Origin: Camelus dromedarius
Taxonomy: Eukaryota
Direction: 5' to 3'
Assembly: GCF_036321535.1 (NCBI RefSeq)
Contig: NC_087444.1
Coordinates: 74,276,001-74,340,000, forward strand
DNA: 64,000 nt
This document shows positions 55,335-64,000 of this stretch, one piece after another. Both the position numbers and the translations under genes were made by a program. Each line of letters opens with the position of its first letter. Position 1 is the stretch's first letter. The notes beneath the pieces are model-generated. The model was not told where the DNA came from, did not search any database, and saw only the letters and a list, made by a program, of their open reading frames with translations.

Positions 55335-56079
55335 GTCGCCACCGCTGCTGCTGCTGCCGCTACCGCCTGAGGGGGAACCGGGAGGGGCCTAGGGGCGGGC
55401 CACGCTAATAAGGCTACTGCATAATCATAAGCTCCAGCAAGAAGGGCTCGAGTCTCGGGACACTTGAGGAGGCAAGGCCGGGGAAGAGGAGGAGCTATGC
55501 TAATAAGGGCAGGGAAACAGCTTTCTCCGAGAAGGGGAATTCCGAACGGGGCGGTGACATGCTAATAAGAGAACTGTGCTCACCTCGAGCGGCGCCACGC
55601 GCTCTCGGAGGGCGGGTCACCTGGGGGCGGAGATATGCTAATAAGAGCTTTCCTCCTCTTGGGAAGCTCCTTCGGGGCAGGGCTATGCAAATAAGGAGCC
55701 CTGTGATGCAGTTTCTCAGGGCACCATCCCAGAGGCCTTGTTCTAGCCAGGCGGGGCTCGCGGACTCGCGTGCGGCCGTATATAGGCGCGCTCTGAGGAA
55801 GGGGCAAGTCCTGAGGGGAAGCTCAGTCTCCGTCCTGGGATCCTAGCCAAGCTCCCGACCTGGGCATCTGGGCTGGATGCTGGAGGTTCCGCCCGCTAAG
55901 GGACCCAGGCTTCCGGTTCGCGCTGTCCCAGCCAAGCGGAAGACAGAGTGGGAGGGGAGATGGGGCCTTGGAGGGGGACCGCGGGTAATCGGGCAGGGAG
56001 GGGCCGTGAGATCATTGCATTCCTAATCCATGAGCCGGCTCGCCCAAGCCGGGACGCTTGGGTTATGAAGGGTCTAGGG

Positions 56080-56570
56080 TCAAGATTTCTGGGTCTTGAA
56101 GGAGGAGGAAGTTGAAGGCACAGACCCTTGGGTCCCTAGGAAATAATAGGGCTGGAGGTTTGGACTCCTGGGTTCCGGGAGGGAGGAGAACTGGGGGGTC
56201 CTCACTACTAGGTTCGGCAAAGGGAGCTGAGGGCTCGGACTCTTGGGTCCAGGCGTTGAAGAGGCTGGGGACCCAAAATTCTGGATCCGAGGGAATTGGG
56301 GTGGGGAACCCGAACACTTGTGTCAGTGTAAGATACGAGCTTGAGACCAGTCTGAGAAAGGACTGAGGGCCCGATTCCTGGATCTAAGAGGAAGGAGGGT
56401 TCGGACTTCTGAGTCCCAAGGAAGAGGGAAATGTGAGTCCAGACTCCTCTGCCCTGAGTGAGAGGAATTAGAATTCGGATTTTTCTGTCCTAAATGAGGA
56501 GGAAGCTACAGAGCTGGGTCCTTGGTTCTAAATAAAGAGAGAACTTGGGTTTTGGGATTCTGGGATCCCC
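56080..56570. repeat. MSR1-like ~37-bp minisatellite, ~13 degenerate units
   Basis: Anchors GA(C/T)(T/C)(C/T)CTGGGTC recur every ~36-39 bp; best unit GGGCTGGAGGTTTGGACTCCTGGGTTCCGGGAGGGAGGAG. Confidence 0.75.
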
Positions 56571-56939
56571 AGAATGTGGGCGGGACAACTCGCAGCCAGT
56601 CCGGCCTTTGCCGTCCACTCCGCGGAACTACAACTCCCTTGTATCTGGCACGCTGAGCGCTCTTTCCGTCACTTCCTCTTCTGCCGCTCTTTCCGCGCGC
56701 GTGCGGGGCACTATGGGGCCTAATCGCGGGCTACCGCAACCCGCCCATTTCACTCCTCACCCTCCACTCGCTGTACCCGCGCGGCGGAGGCGACGCGCAG
56801 ACTACGCCTCCCGGCGTGCGTCGCGCGCACCCTGCCCACGTGCCCCGTTGACTGCTGGGAAACTGAGTCCGAAGCCTTCCCACTAGCCTTCACGGCACCG
56901 TGCTCGGTACTTGAAGTCCCGGCAAGCTCGGCGGCGTTT

Positions 56940-57030
56940 TAACTCCGCCTCTCTCCTCCCTCTGCTCGCGAGTCCCGCCCCAGCCTGCCCCGCCCCGCGC
57001 CGGGGCCGGAGCCGCAGCCCGAGCGGCGGG
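56940..57030 (+). other. SCAF1: SCAF1 non-coding exon 1 (5' end approximate)
   Basis: Donor GGG|gtaaga at 57030/57031 in a CpG island, 2.7 kb upstream of the first coding exon. Confidence 0.7.
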
Positions 57031-59712
57031 GTAAGATGGCGGCGGCGGTCCGGGCCGCGGGGTTCGGGCCTATTGGGGTGGGCGGGGCGGAGTCGGGTCG
57101 CTACTTGTCCCGGGGTCCTCCCGACACGCCGCGGGGCTTGGAGGGCTTAGCGGGGCGGCCTCGAGCCCGGTAGCGGCGGCGGAGCCTGGGGCCGACCCAG
57201 GGGGCCTTCTCAAGGCCCCGGGACGCGTCTGTGGTGCCGGGGGGCGTCTGTGGGGCGTCCCTGAGAGGACGAGGGGCGTCCACAGGGCCTGGACCGAGGC
57301 TGAAGTCTTCCCTCTATCATATAGTTGGCTTGAATTATTTTTGTAGGCACTGTTGATCGTCTTTATGGGCTGACCGGAGGCTAGGGTCTGTTTAGAGGGT
57401 TCTGGGGCCATCTTGAGATCTTGAGATATGTCCCAGGGGTGAAGGAGATCTGCAAGAGCTGGGGAGTATCTGCAGAGCCAACTATAGCGCCTGGGGTATG
57501 TCTGTTAGGGCTGGGAAGTGTCTACATGGGCTGACCTGAGGATGCGGCTCACCTCCATGCGTCTGGGACCGTTTAGTTGGGTCTGGAGGAACTGTTCCAG
57601 GGCTAGGAAGTCTTTTATAGCTACCCAGAAGAGTGGGATGTACCCACTAGGGGAGGGGGCAAATATTGAGATGTGCTGAGAGGCCTGGATAGGTCACTAT
57701 CTGTCTGGGGACTGTCTAATCTGTGTGACAGGAGGCTGGGCGACAGTTAGAAGGACCTGGAACCATCTAGGTGGCTTGAAGTGTGACTGCAAGAGTGCAC
57801 TCTCTTATGCCTGGAGCAAATTCAGATGCCTTTGGGGACTGGATAATTGTGTGGAGAATAAAACAAAGGAGAGTGTTGGAAGATTTGTCTAGCTCAAAAG
57901 TACCTGCCTTTTAGAGAGTAATTCGAATGCAAAATGTTTAAAACCTCTGCATGGCCCTGAGGCTACAGAGAGAGTTAGAATTAGTCCACATTCGTCTGGG
58001 AAAGTCTATAGGATCATCTAGACTCATCTAGTGCAGCGTTTTTCAAACACTTTTGACCTTGATCTACAGTGAGAAATACATTTTTCATTGAGACCTGGGG
58101 TATACCATCAGATGAATTTAACTAATGCTCAAGTCCCATTAAATAATATTTCCATTTACTTGTAATGTGTTGTGAAGAATCTTCTACTGTGTTCGATTTG
58201 CTTTTATGACAAGCTGTGTGAAGCACTGAACTGCTATCAGACTGTAGTTTGGGAAGCTGGTCTAGAGGGACCTGGAGAGTCTGCAGAGCCTTCTCACATC
58301 TAAAAGATCTGAGGAGCTGAGGGTGTGTCTGCAAAGCCTGGGGCATGTGTCAAGAAGCTAGGCAGGATCTTCATACCGCTTAGGGTTTGGGAATCTGTGG
58401 GTCTGTGTAGTCAGCACAGTCTTGATTAAGTTTCTGTTATGTGACAGACACTGTTCCACGTAGCTTGTGCTTCCCCCCGGAGGTGCTGGAGAGCAGCTCC
58501 AGGGCTGGGAACTGTCCACAGGGGAGGCAAGACATGTCTACGGGAGTTAGAGAAGGAGCTGCAGGCTCTTAGCAGGGAGGCTGCATGCGAGAGCGCTGGT
58601 AATAGCTTGAGAATCTATGGTATGAGGGAGACCAGGATGGAGATCTTTTTCTTGCAGGTATGCAATTGGGATGTGGAGGAGACAGAAGTAGGAGAAACCT
58701 GGGTGTTAAAGGCTAATGATAATTACTGTTACTCTGTGTAGAGTGCTTGAGCTGTGTTAACTCTGTGTCGAAGTCAGTCTCCTTTCAAGTCTCAGCTTTT
58801 CTCTGAGTTAGATACTCTGTGCCCATTTCTAGTTAAGTACACATAGTTGGGGGTTAGGGGTTTTGAAGCTTTTCAGGGACGGTGGGACTAGATAACTGTT
58901 TTCAGAGTAAGAGATCTGACAGTTGCAGGGAAGTGTACAGCTGAAATATTCATATTTTCTGAAGCCCTAATCAAGACACCCATCAGTCCGAAGACTGATC
59001 TTTCAACTTCTGTATAATCAAGAATTCCTTTGGCAAAGCCCTCAGTCACGCTTCCATAGAACATGCAGATAGATGATAGGAGGAAACTCCTGGTGGCATC
59101 TGGTGGGCAGCATTTGAAATTAGTGTTTCCATTTTCAAAACGTACTGGTTTTGTAGATCATTCTATCACAGTTCTATATTATCTTCCTTATATAAATACA
59201 TTTTGCTGGGTCCCTCACCACCGAGGAAAATCGATGCTTTAAAAAGTTGTGTGGTGTTTAAGGCACGCCCAGCACCCTGGCACGCATCTCAGTTGGGGAA
59301 AGGTGGGTTTTGTGAGACTGTGAGACACAGTGTTTGAAATCACAACTCAACGGAAAAATGTCTTGACATTGGATTGGCCACCGTGAAAGCGGGCTGCCAT
59401 AGGGTCTTAAAGTTTGGTTGTGAGGGCAGCTGTAGGAACTGGGGAATGGGGTTTTGAAATTGACTCAGAAGGCCTCCCTTTGACAGAGGAAGCAACTGGA
59501 ATTTAGACAAGGGAAGAGAATTGCTCTAGTCCTTCTCGTGTCTGTGCTGGGCCTGGTACTTGCCCAGGGACTGGGATGAGGTGGAGGGGAGGAAGGATGC
59601 TTTGGAGGCCCTCGAGGTCTTCATGGCCATCTCTCCTTCCACCACCTAACAGCACTGTGCCCTGCCCACTGGCCTCTACTCCACACTCTCACCCCTCCAC
59701 CACCAGGTGACC

Positions 59713-61573
59713 ATGGAGGAAGAAGATGAGTCTCGAGGGAAGACAGAGGAGTCAGGCGAGGATCGGGGTGACGGTCCGCCAGACAGAGACCCTGCGCTTT
59801 CTCCTTCTGCTTTTATCTTGGTGAGGCTGCTAGACCCCTGGGGCTGAGGGAGGGAAGGGCCTGGAGTCCAGATTCCAGGGCCCTCATTTCCTGGACCCCA
59901 CGGGAGGGGAGTTGGGGGCCTGGATTTTTGGCCTGTCTGTAGGATTTTAGTCTTGTCATAGGAGGGGTCTGGACTCTGTCTTCCAGCAGTAGAGCCTGTG
60001 GCCTTTTGCATGAGTCCCCTAACTGCTCTTTCTTTCCAACCCCACTGCCCTCACCTTTCTTTCAGCGGGCCATTCAGCAGGCTGTGGGAAGTTCCCTGCA
60101 GGGGGATCTGCCAAAGGATAAAGGTATGACGGTTCCAGTTCCTCCCAGCTCCCTGCCCTATCTCTGCATTCTTTCTCCTAATCTCATTCAGATACTTTTC
60201 TGAGGCCTCCTGGGTGCTACCCTTGTCCTGGCACAGGGAGTCCAAGATGGGTTGGACTCCGTGGCTGCCTTGGAGGGGCTCACAGTTTTGTGGAGGGACT
60301 ACAGTCCCAGCACAGAGGTACCCTGAGGCACCATGAGAGGGCAAGGGGCCCAGCTAAGCTAGTTTGGAGGGAGATGGAGTCCAGGAAGGGTTCCTGGAGG
60401 AGGTGACAGGTGGACTGTGTCTCTAAGGATGTGTTAGAGTTGTCTGATAAAGAGGAAGGCCTGGTAGGCAGGGGCAGCACCAGCAGGAGCACTGCACAGG
60501 GATACATTGCAGGGCTGAGTTGTTCTTTGGGGCCTATGGGCAGAGGGTGTTGGTGGGAAGGGAAGCAGCATTGCTCCGTGGGGACTGGGTCACAGCAAGG
60601 CTCAAATGCCAAGCTGACTTGTCTGGACTTCATCCTGAGGGTGCCTGGGAGGACAAATGGATGAGAGAGTTGGAGCCTGAAAAGGGTGTTGGGGAAGTCC
60701 TTCTGGGACCCAAGTCGAGGGGCAGTTGGCTAGAGGCCGGGACAGTAGGCAGGAGCCTGGTTCCCTGTCAAGAGCTAGGCAGGCTCCTTTTTCCTCTGCC
60801 CTACGACATCTCTGCATCTAGTGCCTGGTCTCCATCCCCCATGCAACATCTCTTTCCAGATGGCTCTCGGTGTCGTGGCCTTCGATGGAGGCGCTGCCGG
60901 AGCCCACGGTCAGAGTCCCGTTCCCAGGAATCAGGGGGTGCTGACACGGCTACTGTGAGTAAGAAGAGGGGGCAAGGGACCTGGGCTTCTGGGGCTGGGG
61001 GAGGAAGGTCATTGGGGCCTGGATTCCTGAGGTGGGGAGATGGGGATGGGGACCCAGATACCTGGGTCTGGGGTGCTGATCAGGGGCAGCATTGGAGGGT
61101 CTTAGCCTTGGGGTCTGGAAGTAGTCAGGATGAGGGAATTGGTTGGACCTTTGTGTTTTCTTAGGGTCTCATGTCTGGGTTACTGAAAGGTCAAGGTCTG
61201 GGGAAATGGGATTTGTGGGTCCTCACATGAGCAGAGACAGTGTGGAGCCCCTCTTGGTCTATTCCAGGTGTTGGACGTGGCTGCGGACGGCCTCCTCACA
61301 GGGCTGGTGAGCATCCTGGATCCCCCAGATACCTGGGTTCCCAGCCACCTGGACCTGCGGCCTGGCGAGTGAGTATTTGAGCAGCTGGGGTGGGAGAGGC
61401 CCCCAACATGGGAGGTGGAAGTTCCTCTGAGGCTTAGTCACCCCTTCTGTCTTGCAGGAGCGAGGACATGCTGGAGCTGGTGGCCGAGGTCCGAATTGGG
61501 GACAGGGATCCGATCCCTCTTCCCGTGCCCAGCCTGCTGCCCCGTCTCAGGGCCTGGAGGACGGGCAAAACAG
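59713..61573 (+). CDS. SCAF1: SR-related CTD-associated factor 1, N-terminal part (gene continues past the window)
   Basis: Coding exons 59713-59820, 60066-60123, 60860-60954, 61268-61368, 61458-61573. Translation [74 protein letters not shown]...[38 protein letters not shown] matches recalled SCAF1. Confidence 0.96.
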
Positions 61574-62093
61574 GTATGTGGGGCCGGGGTGTAGCTGGGC
61601 AGTCGGCCAGCCTCGGTGTTGTGTGAGCATCTGCCGTTGTTGGTAGTAATGGTAGTGATGATGATGTCATTTAGACCAAATCTTTACTGCAACGTGTGTT
61701 TCCTATTGGACTGTAGTAAAGGCTGTTGATACCTGCAGATGTACATAAAGTAAAAACTGACATGAGAGCTACCACGTGGGAGCCGTGGTTAGCACGTGGG
61801 AGGCACTCCGCATCCTGGCCTCTCCATATCAGTGTAACTGTGCTGGGAAGTCATCTCCCTGGGAGGGGGAATCTTAGCATCTCCAACTCTAGGAGAAGTC
61901 TGAAAGGAAAGTCACTTGCTCAAGGTGGCACAGCCAGTTGCTTAGTGGTGGTCCTGAGCCCCAAGCCTGGGGCCTTCTGCGTGTGAAGCCCAGGTTTTTG
62001 ACTTCTGCGACGTGCATCTGCCCTAGTGATGGTCCGCTCCCACACCCTGCCTGTACCCTGCACATGGTGGTGTGCCCTTGAGCAGCAGGGAGC

Positions 62094-62265
62094 AGAGGGT
62101 CTCAAACTTGAGTACACATCACAGGTCCTGTTAATACACAGATTGCCAGGCCCACCCCTAGGGTTTCTGATTCAGCAGGTCTGTGGTTGGGCCTAGGAAT
62201 GTGCATTTCTAACTAAGTCCCGGTGTTGCTGCTGCTGGTTCCCTGGGACCCTGGATTGAGACTTT
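62094..62265. mobile_element. MER5A-like MITE
   Basis: GTCTCAAACTTGAG...CAGATTGCCAGGCCCACCCC...GTTTCTGATTCAGCAGGTCTG...GCATTTCTAAC. Confidence 0.8.
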
Positions 62266-62351
62266 CCTTCTGTGTGTACATACGTACGTATCCGAGGAGG
62301 GGCAGAGAGGAGAGGAACATATAGCAGTAGGTCAGCTGCGAGCACCTGTTC

Positions 62352-62479
62352 TTTTCTTTGTTTGGGGGTGGATAAATTAGGTTTATTCATTTATTTTTTT
62401 AATGGAGGTACTGGGGATTGAACCCAGAACCTTGTGCATGCTAAGCACATGCTCTACCACTTGAGCTATACCCTCCTCC
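62352..62479 (-). mobile_element. tRNA-derived SINE, Vic-1-like
   Basis: TGGAGGTACTGGGGATTGAACCCAGAACCTTGTGCATGCTAAGCACATGCTCTACCACTTGAGCTATACCCTCC on + (reverse orientation). Confidence 0.9.
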
Positions 62480-63199
62480 TGAAGTAACCTGTTATGCCAC
62501 AGAACGTGGCTTGCACACCCTCTGAGCCAGTGCACGGTTTTCTTGTCTTTTTTTTTTAATCCCCACACAGATGCGGGGTGACTTACTTATCCAATAGGCT
62601 TAGGGGATATGGTGCCTAGGGCCCACCACACTCTTAGGAGCCCACAAAGTATTTTCATTTTTTTTTTGAATCAGAGGCCGTAGGGGATACATTAATGAGT
62701 GGGTGGGATAGTGTTCCAATGAAACTTTATTTACAAAAGCAGTAGGTGTGTGGAATTTGGCCCCTAGGCCATAAGTGATATATGCAGGTGGTCTCTGGCA
62801 CCTAATGGTTGTCTTCAGTGGGACTCCGCGATTACATTTTTTCTTATTCCAAGTGTTGTTTGGTCTTCGTTGGAAAATATTAAGAACACAGGAAAAAGGA
62901 AAGAAAACTCACCCATAGTCTTGTCCCTCATGAACAAGCTATGTATAAAGAAGCGGATGTTTCTCGTTTGCGGACCGCTCCAGTCTGCAGACTGGTTTAT
63001 GCTTCAGGCGGTAGTAGTAACAGCTGAGGAGTCAGAGCTCGTACTCACCCAGGCCTCGAGGTGCCAGGGTCCGTCTGTTCTTTCCAAGCAGATGCTCATC
63101 CAGTCCTCTCAGCCCCCTGAGGTCTGGATGCTGTCATCCTCATCGTCCTCATCCCCTGCCTGGTATTCCTCCAGAGCCATCAGCGGCTCCCGGACTTTG

Positions 63200-63350
63200 T
63201 GCAGGGCTTACTGATATTTGTCTGTCCTCACTTGAACGTGAGCTCCTGGAAGGCAGGGAGTTTTGTCTCTTGTTCACTGTTCTGGTTTAGTACCCCATAG
63301 TGCACCTGTTAGACTAGTGATCGGAGAAAATGTGTTGTGTGAATGAGCAG
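63200..63350 (+). mobile_element. L2 3' end fragment
   Basis: GTGAGCTCCTGGAAGGCAGGGAG...TGTCTCTTGTTCACTG...AATGTGTTGTGTGAATGA. Confidence 0.7.
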
Positions 63351-64000
63351 ATGCCCATTTTGTTGATGAGGAAACTGAGGCAGACAGCGGTTGAGTTCCT
63401 TGCTCTTGGGCTCATCGAGGGTGAGGGCCGGAGCCTGGAATCTGGAAGGTGAGGTGGCTCGGGCTCTGCCCTCTCGACCCCAGGCCTTTCCAGCACTGTC
63501 CATGCAACCTTGCTGGCGTCCTTGCTGTGGCTGGACACGTTACATGTGGTTGAGAGAGTGGCCTCTGGACTCTGATGTGTATGTCTGAACCCTGGCCCCG
63601 TCACCCGCCCCAGGTGCAGCCCCAGTCAGTTGTCTCCTTTTTGTGACTTGTAGCACTGAGACCGTGTAGCACTTAGAAAGCCAGGACTTCGGAGGGTGGA
63701 CAAGGTGACGGAGGAGAAGATGAGGCCTGGCCCGTAGGAAGGGGCAAATGCTAGTTGATGCCTTCACTGGTCAGTGATGTCTGAGTCCTGAGCAGATGTC
63801 TCCCCTTAGATGGGCTCATCACAGAGTGACAAGGGTGCAGTGAGCTCTTCCTGACTCTGCAGAGGGGATTTCACCTTCTCAGCCTCCCATTATTACCCAT
63901 GTACAAAGTGATCAAGTCCCATAGAGGCAGCCGGCACAGCAGGCAGGCCTTGACCTTGCCACCGTCCTGGGTTAGAGCCCAGGCTCTGCTGTCCCAGCCT

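Larger units (their letters stand above)
55150..57350. promoter_or_regulatory. RRAS/SCAF1 divergent promoter region with two CpG-rich ends
   Basis: CpG islands at RRAS exon 1 and SCAF1 exon 1, GC boxes, ETS-like CACTTCCT ~56670, ZNF143/THAP11-type ACTACAACTCCC 56627-56638 and ACTACGCCTCCCGGCGTGC 56801-56819. Confidence 0.8.

Noticed and set aside
55343-55357. (GCT)4-5 run in the RRAS 5'UTR
   Set aside because: Too short to be unstable; common in GC-rich UTRs.
60520-61164. 214-aa ORF spanning SCAF1 exon 4
   Set aside because: It is the true exon frame extended through G-rich introns; real splice sites bound the exon at 60860-60954.

Overview
Mammalian genomic DNA, not prokaryotic. It is a gene-dense, GC-rich block with the gene order of human 19q13.33: NOSIP (-, complete, 301 aa), PRRG2 (+, complete, 200 aa), PRR12 (+, 11 coding exons visible; exons 1-3 and most of the last coding exon fall in N gaps), RRAS (-, complete, 218 aa) and the 5' part of SCAF1 (+). 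About 11 copies of a tRNA-derived SINE resembling the camelid Vic-1 family suggest a camel, alpaca or llama assembly. Exon boundaries were read by hand from GT/AG sites and reading-frame continuity against remembered human proteins. Repeat family names come from recalled consensus sequences and are approximate. No CRISPR array, rRNA, true tRNA or other bacterial system is present. The most striking unexplained structure is a degenerate tandem array in PRRG2 intron 4 (~18008-18732), where the conserved core is an inverted pair of RFX X-box-like half-sites (GTTGCTARGG-N8-10-CCYTAGCAAC). Other notable signals are a repeated GC-box plus octamer-like module upstream of RRAS, MSR1-like 37-bp minisatellites in a non-primate, a ~97-bp paralogous copy of the RRAS 3'UTR, an NF-Y box cluster in PRR12 intron 2, and assembly gaps that sit on PRR12 exons.
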